From positions 10,423,035 through 10,487,034 of the forward strand of contig JARDVH010000121.1 in the NCBI GenBank assembly GCA_030324005.1: a stretch of DNA of 64,000 nt, given 5' to 3'. The notes under the pieces are model-generated. The model did no database searches. It saw only the letters and a program-made list of their open reading frames with translations, and was not told where the DNA came from. Made by a program: the position numbers and the translations under genes. How positions within the stretch are numbered: the first letter of the stretch is position 1; each line of letters begins with the position of its first letter. This DNA comes from Negaprion brevirostris. Its lineage: Eukaryota. Of the stretch, positions 13,209 through 25,638 are shown piece after piece.

Positions 13209-14019
13209 GTGTGCCATCTTACTTCAATAATAACTTTCCACGTCTCTTGGGTGTTATTGACTCTACTCAGTCATAGCAGGTATGGTGCCGTAACTTATTG
13301 TTGCGTATATTTGTCGGTGATGGGAGGTTGACAATGGGAATGGCCGACTATTTGGCAGTTTTTTGTTAATGTTAGCAAATTTTCATCATACCAGCGGCGA
13401 TTCAATGCTTAAAAAGGACTCACGTTTGTTTCAAACCCGTTGTGGCTCATAATGGACATCTGAATTTGAATTTGCAGTTTGTCATATACCTCATGACTGC
13501 AATATTCCGAATAAGCCAACCTTCACAAGGAAAAATAAGATTCCCGTAACAGAGCGACTTAAAACACTAGCGTCGGGAGCTCAATGATCAGTTGAATTTA
13601 TCGCGCTGACCGCATGGATACTAAATTACCGTTCTGCATTATTGAAAGGAAAGTAGCAGCTGCATAAAACTGTTATTTTTTCTCTCCATTTCTCCTTGCA
13701 TTTATTTAAGGTAATTCTGCAGCTTGAAGACAATGAAACGAATCCTTCAATGTTGGCTTTATATATAGATGTTTCTATTTTGTTCTATTTCCCATAAATT
13801 GTATCATTGATGCCGAAGGCTTTCGATAATCGCGACACATTATTTGGACTATCAAGATTTCTAATCCCACTAAGGAATGTTCAAAGAATTACGTGTCTTA
13901 CTATCGGTTTGTAAATTTTTAGTCGTTTTTTTTTGTCCATGGACGTATTATTCCACGATAGCACCATAACTTTGCAGGCCGCATGTTCTGTTCACTGTAC
14001 CAATAGTTTATTTTCACAG

Positions 14020-14046
14020 AGCAAAAACTGCGCCAGTGTCAGCAAG
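14020..14046 (+). CDS. 27-nt phase 1-1 micro-exon candidate (E)QKLRQCQQ
   Basis: tttattttcacag|AGCAAAAACTGCGCCAGTGTCAGCAAG|gtaaac. Confidence 0.65.
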
Positions 14047-14159
14047 GTAAACGAGGGCAATGGACTTTATCTTCTTATCTTCTATTCGCATAATTGAATA
14101 CTTAACATCGTTACTTCTTGCTGTGACAATTAAAACAACTTTATTAAACATATCTGCAG

Positions 14160-14186
14160 AATTTGATCAGAAATGTAAAGGTTTCG
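14160..14186 (+). CDS. 27-nt phase 1-1 micro-exon candidate (E)FDQKCKGF
   Basis: catatctgcag|AATTTGATCAGAAATGTAAAGGTTTCG|gtgagt (consensus donor). Confidence 0.65.
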
Positions 14187-14289
14187 GTGAGTAATATCAA
14201 CGAATGTACTAGTGGAAAATGTCCATAATGGAAGAAGGAGGGGATATGCTGCATCGAAATGTGTCACTGGTAGAGCTACATTATGGCAG

Positions 14290-14630
14290 CCGTGGTTATC
14301 TTCAAAATGTCATGCAGGAACATACGAGTTCCTTTCAGCAGCATGTGCCAATCTATGACTACTACCGCCTGTAAGGACAATAACAGCAGATAACTGCAAT
14401 ACACAGAAACTGGAGATCTCCCCTTAACCAGTCACAGTACTGACTTGAAAATAATTCACCACACCGCCATCGTCACCGTGTCAAATTTCTGGTTTTTGGC
14501 TCTCCAACAGCACTGTAGGAGTAAATAAAACTCAGAAATTCCATTGGATCAATAATGAGACTCACCACCGTTTAGTCAAGGAGAATTACTATTGGCCAGT
14601 TTAACCACAGACGCCACATCACATGCATGA
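14290..14630 (+). mobile_element. LINE (L2/CR1 superclade) 3' end fragment; related copies at ~16030-16480, ~17820-17910, ~26540-26830, ~58790-58855
   Basis: Shared blocks aggacaa..gcagcagata, ctgacttgaaa, cagcactgt.gg, ctcaccacc...tcaagg recur in the listed copies. Confidence 0.6.
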
Positions 14631-14984
14631 TTAAAAAAAAACACTCAGGAGTGATATTGTCCCCTATGAAAAAGCAGTTCACCTGGAAAGGGTCATTACA
14701 ACCAATGTGGAATATGAAGGAGAATACAAGGGTGCAACCGCAATGGAAAATGAACATTGTCATTGTAGACAAGGTAAATTGTGGAGTGTAAGTTCTACAT
14801 AAGTATGAGTAGTAAAATGTATTCGAACAGCTTAAAGAAACTGCATTTAAACCTAAGAGTACATGGCGGAATCAGAACTAGTAAAGTAGTGGAAGTTATT
14901 GCTGACTCGTCAAACCCTATCAGAAAAGGCTTAAACATGAAGTAAGAGTACATTTTATTCAAAATGAGTTAAATATATCTGCAG

Positions 14985-15011
14985 CTTCAGACAAAATGCA
15001 GGTGTTAGCGG
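14985..15011 (+). pseudogene. Possible decayed 27-nt micro-exon (A)SDKMQVLA with broken donor
   Basis: Acceptor ttaaatatatctgcag is nearly identical to that of exon 14160 (ttaaacatatctgcag); 27 nt open in phase 1, followed by gagtga instead of gtgagt. Confidence 0.35.
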
Positions 15012-16879
15012 GAGTGACTCTCAGAGAAATCACTCAAAGCTCAGGGTTGGTCCACGCATGAAATGGTTTATTTTCGCCAGCAGGGAGATAGCTTATGTTA
15101 AACCTAGTGCCACTCTCCGACAAACAAAGGAAAAAAATCCATTCTTATACATTTTTCACGGCTCGACTTTGTCCGATAATATTGATTACAAATGACATGC
15201 ATGTAAAATAAAAAGAAAAATTACTTAAGGTGAGCTTGTGCATGATCTGCTCGTGGTCTCCTGGACACGACTCATGGTACCTCCGTCAATATTCGCTTTC
15301 TTTCTCCTATCTGGAGCCCTTGAGTGTGCAATACTCCTTGTCCAGTGGGCCTCCTTATCATCCCCCGTGATTGCCTTCCCCAACCCTCCATGTCTGATTT
15401 TCATCCGAAGCCTCAGATCATAGACTAGTACCAGTCACCNNNNNNNNNNNNNNNNNNNNNNNNNNNNNNNNNNNNNNNNNNNNNNNNNNNNNNNNNNNNN
15501 NNNNNNNNNNNNNNNNNNNNNNNNNNNNNNNNNNNNNNNGACCAAGTGACCCAGTGGTGAATTCAAATGCAAAGTCTTCTGAAAAGAGTTGGCAATATCG
15601 TGAATTAGGCACCATAGCACATGGTTGAACATTCCTGCATAGATTATTTTAAGTGAGAACCACCGAATCATACGAGGCAGTCACATAGTAACGGATGTAC
15701 ATTGGATGCGAGAAGTTGAACGCATTTCCAGAGTCTCCTAAACACCAGCTTTAACTTATTAGGACGAACGGCTGTTTGGAACGTCACGTAGCCTAGTGTG
15801 GAAGTGGAAAAATAATCACTGAAACGAAGAAATGGCAATGTCTGTAAGTTGTCAAATGGAGACAAAGAGTGGCCATTTTTACATGATGTGGTTCTGACTG
15901 TGGCCAAAATGCAAGAAGAAAATTAATTAACCTAAGAAAATTTGAAAATAGTGAAATGATGTTGAATGCCAGGAGTATAGTAGCATGTTGCTCATTTGTG
16001 TGGATAAATGCAGTTCACAAAGCACACAAGAAACTTTACACCATTCAGGACAAAGCAGCCCGCTTGCTTGCTGTCTCTTTCACAAACTTTCAATACCTCC
16101 CATATGGATGATCAATTCCAATGATTTGGAGCACCTACAAGAGAGAATGCAGGAACTAATAGAGGATTCTGAGGATGCACCATCCAAACCCTACTGGACT
16201 AATGTCTAGAAGGACAAGTGCAGCAGATACCGGAAACGACCATAACGTGTCGGGTAGTCTCCACCTTGCTCACCTGACTTTGAAACCTACCGCTCACCGG
16301 TCCATCACTGTTCCTGGACAAATATCCTGGAATTCGCTCCCTACCAGCGCTGTGGGTGCAATAATACGGCTAGGGAATGCAGAGTTAAAGCAGGGAGCTC
16401 ACAAACACCTTATGCGGAAAAATTATTTTGGATTATAATTGCTGGCATAGCCGATAACACCGATAATCCATAAACGAAGTTCTTAAGAAATTAATTAATC
16501 TTATGGTGCATTATTGACATTGAACTAGCATGCGTTATTTTAAGTTTTGGAGAGTTTGATTGATACTGAAGGAAGCCATGTTTCGGAAAGAATTATGTTT
16601 TGCTAGAAATATTGAATCGATAGTACATGTTGGGGAAAGCGGTCAACCACACGACTGTTGACCTGCTCAAAGCAGTGTTTATAAATTTGAAGTTAAACTG
16701 GCATTTAATTAGAACAAGTTACTCGGGATGCATTAACACAAACTAATATATTGTACCTTTGCATGCCTTCCGCAAAAATGGGAAACTCTTTTGATGTTTA
16801 ATGAGCAAAGGTCATTTGGGGGAAATTGAAACATTAGATTTGTGTGTGTGTGTGTGTGTGTGTGACAGAGAGAGATAGC

Positions 16880-17250
16880 TAAGACAAATTGTTGTTCATC
16901 CATCGTGGACCTCGACACCATTAGTCATTTTGAGGCTGATTGCAGTGTGTCCGAAGGTGACTGATCAGGCCAACTCGGGCACGAAATGTCCTGGCACATA
17001 TTGGACAGACTTGGTAGACACTGTAGAGGCACGAAATGTCCTGGCACATATTGGACAGACTTGCGTAGACACTGGTGGCTCTGGATTTGCGCAGCTCGCG
17101 CTTAAGTTGTGCTTCAGCATTGCACATTGCTTCGTGAGCTTGACAGCCTGTGTGGATGAGACAGCGCCAGGTAGGGAGGTTTTGTGCCAGCGTTTCCGAG
17201 GTGGTCGTGGCAATGTCAAGCGACTTCATGGAGGCCTTGAGTGCGTCTTT
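16880..17250 (-). mobile_element. RTE-clade (BovB-like) LINE 3' end with C2H2-like tail
   Basis: ORF 16921..17229 ETLAQNLPTWRCLIHTG...KRELRKSR...CPICARTFRARVGLISHLRTH is typical of an RTE ORF2 C-terminus. Confidence 0.85.
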
Positions 17251-18061
17251 GAAATGTAAGACAAATTACAGACAACGTCAATCGTTCATAGACTGTTTCC
17301 TAAATCTTCTGGCGAGGGATTGCGACATTTTGATTAGTTTTGGATGGGTGCAGCTATTTTGCACAGTGCATTGTGATTTCACGCAATGGTTAAATAAAAG
17401 TTTGGGTATATTGTGATGTTGCTCGGGAACCTGGAATCAAATGCTTTAGGCAGCTGTTGTAGGGTTAGGTATCAGCAGTGGTGTTGACCCGAGACTGAAG
17501 AAAACCACTGGAATAAAACAATATGAGTGAATATGTTGATTCAGGATGCTCGAAGTGCACAATTATGTAGGCCTTGTGTTGCATGAAAATGTAGCCTTGG
17601 ATTGAGCAGGACAGCAGAATGAATATTAGTTTTCCAAAATATGATGGGCCAAGAGTATCGTCGGACAGCATCATCCTTAACTCCATAATTTTTAACCATC
17701 AAAAAGGGCATGAACAGCAGGCACATGAGAACAAATACACCCATGGAACACAACCACCAACGCATCCACTAACCTGATTGGCAATATTTTCTGTCGCTTG
17801 TCCAAATCTTGAAATGGTCCTTCCAGGAATTTGAGTATGTCAACAACACACTGACTGCAGCACTTCAGGGACAGGCAATAAATGCACCATTGTCAGTGAC
17901 GTTAAGACCACAGAAAATATGTTTAAATTAAAAAAAATCCTTCTGCACATTTGCATGCAATAAGCAGAACCGTGGTATTAAATGTGGACATTCAATAAGA
18001 TGTCAGGATCAATGAACAACTAACCGAGTTTGCGACTTATTGATATAAGTCTCTTATAAAG

Positions 18062-18094
18062 GACTTGGCGCCAAATTTGTGATGATTTGGGAAA
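18062..18094 (+). CDS. 33-nt phase 1-1 micro-exon candidate (G)LGAKFVMIWE
   Basis: tctcttataaag|GACTTGG...GGGAAA|gtaagg; weak AAG acceptor. Confidence 0.3.
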
Positions 18095-18649
18095 GTAAGG
18101 TTATTGCAATATTGCGAGGTTGGTATATTGCTTCCACATTAATTCATTTCATCTGGGCCTCAGGGAGGCAATCCGTTTACTTGATTTCTTATTTGTACTT
18201 TACGGAGACACAGATGGCTCGCAGAACTATATTAATTTGACACTGAAATGCAGTATCAACGCTATTGAGTCAGTTGTATCCGGGTGCTAAAATTAGTATT
18301 GCACCTGGAAAGAGGATTGGGTAGGTCAAGACATTTAGATGTATATCGAAAAGTTAATGACATTTTGTAGTTATTTCTAATAGTTTATGAATTCCCTGTG
18401 CAGAATCCTGAGTTCCCACTTGGGGGAGGGGAGGGTAGTTTGGGGGGAGGGACTATCACGTGTAGATGCTTGCAGACAACTCGTTGAAATGACACCCGAC
18501 ATGGATCCAAGGTGTACGGAAAATAACCTATCTAAAACATACCGTCTAAAATGCAGAAACGGGGAGCAGTGCATTTGTTGCAAATTGGTATCCAAGTATG
18601 CATTTGACACAGTGTTAAATCATAGATTACTGCATGTTTGGAGAACAAA

Positions 18650-19840
18650 TGAGTTAAGGGCAACATATCAGCATAGCAAAAGTGTTGTGCAGCGAACAAT
18701 CATGGGCGGGTTGGATTTTGTTTTCATGTGTTAGAAAACTGGAAATAATGGAGCACTATGTGGATGACCGAATAGGCTTTACCTGCTACGGAAGCATGTG
18801 GAGGACCTTGATGGATGGATCAATTCTAGGGCAGCTACATTTACCGATCGTGTCAAGATAGGTAGAAAGCATGACGTAAAGATGAGATACAGAACATTCC
18901 ACGCTCAGGTCAGTTGACAGAAATGGAGCACGTCACGTGGAAGAATGTGAAACTGTCAATCCTGGTAGGAAAATGTAAAAATAACTTACTAATCGAGCGG
19001 AGATNNNNNNNNNNNNNNNNNNNNNNNNNNNNNNNNNNNNNNNNNNNNNNNNNNNNNNNNNNNNNNNNNNNNNNNNNNNNNNNNNNNNNNNNNNNNNNNN
19101 NNNNNNNNNNNNNNNNNNNNNNNNNNNNNNNNNNNNNNNNNNNNNGAATGACTTTAATTACTGAAAGTTTACATTGCAGTTCAGAAAACAATTACTGGTG
19201 AAAATGATACCTTGACGTTCATTGCAAGGCCATTTGAAAATAGCAAAATGTGTTTCTATAGCAGTAAAGGACCGGGGTGAAACAATACCTGGATTGTTAT
19301 CTGCAGTTTTCGTGTCTTACCCATCGAAGGATACATCTGCCAAAGGGGGAAATAAATAATTTTAACCCGATCTATTTTGGAAATGGCAACATTGTCGTTA
19401 ATGGAAGGAGTAATTCCGTTAGATTTTTATTTACTGGAGTGTAGACAAATGAGAAGCGCTCGAATTGAACCGTACCCAATAATGATTGTCCTGGACATAA
19501 TACATGAAGACATAATGATTTGTTTGGTGGATGGCGGGAGTGTAGAACACGGGGCAACTGTTTCAAAAGAGGGAGAAAACCAGTTAGAACTGAAAGGAGG
19601 TGAGATCTCTTAACTTAGTTTGTTGTGAAACATTGTGGATCTCTATTGGAAAGACAGTAGAGGTCTAGTCACTGCATAGAAGAAAATAAAAAGAAGTGAG
19701 ATTACTGGACGTTAAAGGCACAGGAGGCATGATGAGAACGCAGACATATCGTTTATTAATAGAGTATGAGTTATTACCATGCTCAATGGAGGACCAGGAT
19801 CGCAGGTCAATGAGTTTGCATGATGGATTGGGCTACAGTC
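18650..19840 (+). mobile_element. Heavily decayed CR1 RT C-terminal/3' fragment across a gap
   Basis: Fragments such as aatgtgaaactgtcaatcctggtaggaaaa (KCEV.H.GRK-like) and acctggattgttatctgcagtttt (HLEYCVQF-like). Confidence 0.55.
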
Positions 19841-19859
19841 ACGCCATTTTAGCTTTTTG

Positions 19860-20764
19860 CGGTGTTGAGCAGAGCAGGAGCCATTTCAAGTACTTAAAGC
19901 CACCAGAAAAAAATGCTTTAATTCATGCATCTGTAAAAGTAATTCAGAACCGTAGCGGACATGGCAGATTTCCTCAGTCTTCTGAGAAGGAAAAGGCAAT
20001 TGTGGCGTTCATAAAATTTATGTCAGAATTGCTTGGGAGGGGGGTGGTGTTGGGGGGAGGCCAGATTGTTTGCGATCTGGACATCTTAAAACGTTAAGTT
20101 TTCTACTTCATTTATACTTCATCCCCACTGATGTTGATAGGGCGTCTTCTCCATTATGCTTCCTAAAGTTGATGACAATCTCCATCACTTTGTTCACAAT
20201 GAGAGTGAGATTAGTTTGTCGCACTAGTTCCCCAGATTATCTAACTCATTCCTGTCCTCTGTCTCAGTACGGCGGCGTCATCAGCAAACTTGAAAGTATA
20301 ATTGGAGATGAATTTGGCCACAAATTTATTGGTATTTAAGAAGTACATTAGGGGTCGAGACAGTTTTTTCTGACGGGGGTGGGGTGCGGTGTCGGGGGTG
20401 ATAGTGGAGGAGGTGCTGTTTGCTCTCCTTGCTGATTGTGGTCTATTGAGGATCCAGTCACAGAGGAAGAGCCGAGGCCCAGGCCACAGGGGTGGAGATG
20501 AGTTTTGTCGAAATAATAGTGTTGAAGGCTGAAATGTAGTCAATAAGTCGAAACCTGGCATAGATGTCTTTGTTATCTAGATGTTCCAGGGCTGAGTGCA
20601 GGGCCAGGGGTGTGGCGTCTTCTGTGGAACTCTTGTTGTGGGTCGACAAACTTTCGTGGATCCAGCAATCTGGACGACTGGAATTCGCTTACGATGACTA
20701 ACCTTTTGAAGCACTTCATGATGATGGATGCCAGAACCACCGGACGATAGTAATTAGGGCCTGC
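19860..20764 (-). mobile_element. Rex1/Babar-type LINE RT fragment
   Basis: NYYRPVVLASIIMKCFKRLV; [38 protein letters not shown]; CDWILNRPQ; TFKFADDAAV. Confidence 0.9.
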
Positions 20765-20887
20765 TGGATTCACTTAGGAGCATGCGGGTGGAAGTCCGTG
20801 TAGTTTGCTAAACATTGTAGCATTATGAAAACAGACAAAGCACAGAGTTGTATTTCAAAGTTGAGTAACCACATTTTCATATATTAG

Positions 20888-20905
20888 TAGCATCGGTCAT
20901 TTCAC
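20888..20905 (+). CDS. 18-nt phase 1-1 micro-exon candidate (V)ASVIS
   Basis: ttttcatatattag|TAGCATCGGTCATTTCAC|gtaagt; strong donor, atypical size. Confidence 0.3.
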
Positions 20906-20922
20906 GTAAGTACTACTATTAA

Positions 20923-21265
20923 GGGCGGCACGGTAGCACAGTCGTTGGGCAGCACGGCAGCACAGTGGTTAGCACTGTTGCTTCACAGCTCCTCGGATCG
21001 ATTCCCGGCTCGGATTATTGTCTGTGTGCAGTTTGCACACTCTCCTCGTGTCTGCGTGTGTTTCCTCCGGGTACTCCGGTTTCCTCTCACAGTCCAAAGA
21101 TGTGTGGGTGAGGTTGATTGGCCATGCTAAGAAATTCTCCCTTAGTGTTCAGGGATGTGCAGCTTAGAGGGATTAGTGGGTATAATATGTAGGGTGGAAC
21201 TGTGTTCAGTGCAGACTCGATGAGCCCAAGGGCCTGCTTCTGCACTGAAGGATTCTATGAATGTA
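20923..21265 (+). mobile_element. HE1-type tRNA-derived SINE (5' end duplicated)
   Basis: gggcagcacggcagcacagtggttagcactgttgcttcacagc...tcgattcccggc...gtttgcacactctcc...tcctccggg...gcagactcgatg; pol III A/B-box-like head. Confidence 0.85.
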
Positions 21266-21279
21266 TGAAAGAATTTTGC

Positions 21280-22170
21280 TGTGAGATGTCGTAGTTCCGG
21301 GAAGTTTCAAGTGTTCCGGATAACTACATGCACAAGTTCAACCCAATTTTAGCTCCTTATAGTCACATGGATCGTTGGGAGCAGCAGTTGGATTCACTTA
21401 GGAGCATGCGGGTGGAGGAAAGCGTCGGAGACAGGAGCTTGAAATACGTTGTCAGACCCAAAGTGCAGTTACATAAATGAGGGACCACTCGAAAGGGAAG
21501 GCGCAATGTGCAGCTATCCCCTTTAGCTGTTCTCCTCTCTTAGAGGCATGAAGTTCTGGATATTGCTGTTGTGGCAGGCCGATCAGGGGAACACCGTAGC
21601 AGACAGGGTAGCGACACTACGACTGGCATTTTCGTTCAGCAGAAAGTTTCATGAAGCAGAAGAACGACGTTTGTAGGGGACTCTCCTACCATGGGCGCAG
21701 ACAGGCCTGTCTGTGGCCGGGAAAGAGACTCCAGGATGGTATAATGCGTCGCCAGTACCAGGGTGAATGATGTCTCTGCATGCGCATGAAATATTCTGAA
21801 AAGGGCGGGCGAACAACCATGGATTATTGTACTCATTGCTACCAATGGCATTGACAGTGAGAGTGACAAGGTCCTGCGAGCAGAGTTCAGGGCTTGAGGT
21901 AGTAAGTTAAAAGTAAGGACATTTATGGTTGTAATCGCACGATTACTTCATGTGCCATGTTCCGGATAGGCTAGGGATAGGAAGACAGTACAGCGAAGCA
22001 CATGGCTAACGAGCTGGTGTAGGAGGAAGGGGCCCCGTATTATTCTTCATTGGGATTTCTTCCGGGGCAAGTAGGGTCTGTGCAAGAAGGATGGGTTATT
22101 CCTAAACTGGAATGGAAACAAATCCTGGCAGGCTGATTTGCTAGAGTCAGTCGGGAGAGTTTAATCTAGT
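21280..22170 (+). mobile_element. Decayed CR1 ORF1 (zipper region + SGNH esterase domain)
   Basis: Broken frames: VPDNY...DRWEQQLDSLRSM; VGDS...GADRPVCGRERDSRMV..V.STRVNDVS; HIATNGID; KDGLFLNW (GDS, GxND and DGxH-like blocks). Confidence 0.8.
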
Positions 22171-22349
22171 ACGGCAAGGTTTGGTCATGATACAACCCCA
22201 GATGTAATCAGGAAGTACAGTGCAGCTGGCAGCTGCAGTCATGACACAGTCTCCAATCCGTTCACAGTTCAAAACCTTTCTGCAGCATTACTGGCATCCC
22301 TGTCTTTGGAGTTACTTGTGCGACCGCGGCTGTCCCAACGGGACACTTC

Positions 22350-22418
22350 CTGTTAAAAGCCGGTATCGCGAACTGCCATCAGCAGCTGTTAAAAGCCGGT
22401 ATCGTAAACTACCATTTG
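22350..22418 (+). repeat. Two-copy ~36-bp tandem duplication
   Basis: ctgttaaaagccggtatcg(c/t)(g/a)aact(g/a)ccat occurs twice. Confidence 0.85.
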
Positions 22419-22699
22419 TGTAACAATGTCCAAGTAACACAAATAGGTAGGATTTGGAAAGTATACAAAATAACAGTCACACAAAAGTATCTGTCTTTAT
22501 AAAAATGAAAGTTGAAGCACGCAAGACATGAACAAATAACTGCCAGGAGCAGTTTAAGCTTCAGAAGATCAGTCATGATGAATGGTTATGTTTGTGACAT
22601 GTTCTGAGCACAAAATCCATTAACCCTTTCCCTCAGGTACAAAATGCAGTCACCATTTCCCTACTTCAGAATTGTAAGGCCTTGATCTTTGTATCAGTA

Positions 22700-24460
22700 T
22701 TGATTACAGGTAAAGTTCTGGAGGATTGGAGTACATACAATGTTGTCCCATTGTTTCAGAAGGGCAGCAGCGATAGTCCAAGATATTATGTATATATACA
22801 TGTTTAAGTTTATTTCTTAGAAACAAATAGGCTACATTAACACTGCAATGATTTTTTTGTTTGAAAACCGCCTCCTCGCCATACTACAAAGCCTGTTTGG
22901 GTACAGCGAGAGAGAATTTAACACGGCCAATACAGCTAACCCAGCACGTATTTCGCACTGTGGGAGGAAACTGGAGTATCCTGGAGGAAATCCACTCAGA
23001 CGTGGGGAGAACGTGCAACTCGACCTAGATAGCGACTCAACTGGAAATCGAACTCGGGAACTTGGCGCCATGAGACCTCATTGCTAATCACTGTGCCACC
23101 ATGTGTGCCCGGAGAACCTTACAATGGCAGAAGGGATTTTGTTTTATTCTAATTTACTCATTTCGATACAAATAGGTTTATTAGTGATAGATGGCGCTGT
23201 TTTATGAAGGTGAGGTTGTGCCTCACTAATTTGATAGAGGTTTTCGAGGAAGTGACAAAGATGATAGAAGAGGGAACGGCAACGAACTTCATATACATGG
23301 ACTTCGGTAAAGCCTTTGACAAGGTATTTTGTGCTAGACCGGTACGAAAAATGAAGTCACCCGTGATCAGAAGGAAGCTGGTAAGATGCATACAACAGTG
23401 GATTGGACATAGAAGAGAGAAGGTAGCAAAGAGGCGCATTGTCCTAAATGGAGGGCTATGATAGTGGCTTTCCACAGTGATCAGTCCGGGGCGTTTGATC
23501 TTCGTGTTCTATTTAAATAACTTGGGGGAAAAGAAAAACAGCTGTTCTGATTAGTAACTTTCAAAATGGCCCGAACATTGGTGCAAGCATGGATAGAGAT
23601 GCGGATTGTCAAAGGATACAACAATGACTCGTTGGAAAATTGGATTGAGAAATGGAAAATTGTGTTTACTCTGGACAAATTACAGGTAATATTTTCAGAA
23701 GGTCAAATGTATGTTGGAATGATGCATTAAATGGTCGAACACTTAGGATTAACGACAGTGAGTGAGATTAAAGTGTGCATGTCCAACAATCACTGAAAGT
23801 AGCAACGCTGGTTGCATACGGCATGTTTGCCTAATCTGTCAGGGCATTGGGTATATAAAAAAATGGAAGATCATGCTGCAGCTGTACAGAACATTTGTGA
23901 GACATCATTTGAAATATTATGTAGGATTCTGGTCGTCATACTGCCAGAAGGATGAGGATGCTCTCTAGAAGGTGTAGATGACGTTTACTGGAAAGTTGCT
24001 GTCGTGGAGCGTATTATCTAATGTGGGGGGAGGGGTGTTGGATTAACTCAATTTGTTCAAACTGGAACGGCGGAGGTTATGGGCCGACCTGATCGATGTT
24101 TACAAGATTATGATCGGCATTGATAGAGTGGATACTCAGATCCTCACTCCTACATTAGAAAATCCAATTACTTGAGGGCATAGGTTTAAGGTGTTTGGCG
24201 AAATGTCGAATGGAGTTGTGTGAGGCAAGTTTTATTGCACAGAGAGTGATAAATATCTGGAACGCATCACTGAAGGAGGTGGTGGGAGTGTCGTAACGGC
24301 ATTTAAAGGGCATCCAAGCGAACACATGAATAAGATGGAAATGGAAGGATACAGAATCCGTTAATGCAAACGGTTTTATTTCAGCCAGACATCATGAATG
24401 GTCCAGTCTTGGAGGGCTGAAGGGTTTGTTCCCTTTCTGTACTGTTCTTTGTTCTTTGTG
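22700..24460 (+). mobile_element. Decayed CR1 RT to 3' tail with antisense SINE insertion at ~22800-23105
   Basis: ORF 23204..23461 CLTNLIEVFEEVTKMIEEG...IYMDFGKAFDKV; ORF 23762..23968 LYRTFVRHHLKYYVGFWS; tail ctgttctttgttcttt. Confidence 0.9.
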
Positions 24461-25197
24461 TTTTATTTTTCTTCGTAAACCTTACCAACAATTCAATTCA
24501 CCATTTAACGGAATTTCTCCGAAAATTGTTACTGCGGTGTGACAATTAACTTGTTCCAAATCCACCAAGAAAACACTCCTTGTCAGTATCCCTTGAAAAC
24601 ACCAGTCATATTCTTCAGTAAAACTGTGCTACAATTTCAGATAACTTGAGACACAGTCACATCGCGTTGGCCACTCAGATCCAACTGGGTCCGAAATAAC
24701 CTGAAGGCAACATTCATTCTCACGTGAAGTCGTGTGAACTTAAGGCGATTGAACTACTTTCATATGCAGCATTACTGGCATTTGTAAAACAAAGAAACGT
24801 TGAAAATTAAGTTATTAAATTTCCAGCTGTCACCATGAGATTTATACTCTGGTCTCCACAATTTCTGCTGGTTTTTTTGTGCGTTTATAGCGCAGTAACA
24901 TAACTATAATGCTGATGTACCGCAATAACACGTTTATCTTCGGCCCTCCTACTGGAGACGGACTGTCGTTATTTACCCGAACAAGTGTTCAAGAAGTTGA
25001 CTATGTTGACATGTTAACTCTTGTTTTTGTGTCAATAACAGAACATGGCCGATTTACGTATTCGAGCGGGCATTGGCATCGAAGTTTCACTTCCTGTTTT
25101 GAATCATGGTGCAAAATTGGCATCCTTTGAACTTGCCCGCGAATCAGGACATGAATTATTTGAGCTCAAAACGTTTGATTTGTTCTTGTCCATATAG

Positions 25198-25224
25198 ATG
25201 AAAGGCTGAGTGAAAGAGAAATAG
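25198..25224 (+). CDS. 27-nt phase 1-1 micro-exon candidate (D)ERLSEREI
   Basis: ttgttcttgtccatatag|ATGAAAGGCTGAGTGAAAGAGAAATAG|gtaaca. Confidence 0.65.
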
Positions 25225-25563
25225 GTAACATCCTTTGAAGCGTCTCATTGCCGTCATTGCATATAAAATAACTTACAATTGCCCTTACAGTTCAAATTTG
25301 AGCCATGGAATTATTAAATGGCATAATATTAAATATGTCACATTTAGTCCACCAGCTCCTTCTGACTGTTGCCCTCCATTCTTCACACGTAACAAATATA
25401 TTCATCAATGATGTTGTCTGTTAAATATGATCCTTTTCACACAGAATTATTATGTAAATTGAGTAATACGCATTATTATCCATGTGGTAATTGTGTTTGA
25501 ATGTCTTATTTTTTCATTTCTGTCACCAGTACATGTTTGTTTTGTTCTTCTTAAACAAATTAG

Positions 25564-25638
25564 ATGAACATTTTGGGAGTGGAGTACCAGCATTTATAGC
25601 GACAAAATATGGTAGAAACGAAATATCTAGCCTGCAAG
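25564..25638 (+). CDS. 75-nt phase 1-1 exon candidate (D)EHFGSGVPAFIATKYGRNEISSLQ
   Basis: Long pyrimidine tract ...ttcttcttaaacaaattag| and donor caag|gtgtgt; open frame. Confidence 0.35.

Noticed and set aside
13209-13500. FPRLLGVIDSTQ resembles PIF/Harbinger transposase FPxxxGAIDCTH; antisense KKRQRKTGDG near 12890-12915 resembles the Myb/SANT partner KTGGG motif
   Set aside because: No continuation with correct spacing to the other catalytic motifs and no TIRs identified. The preceding in-frame peptide is better explained by the 36-nt exon at 13173.
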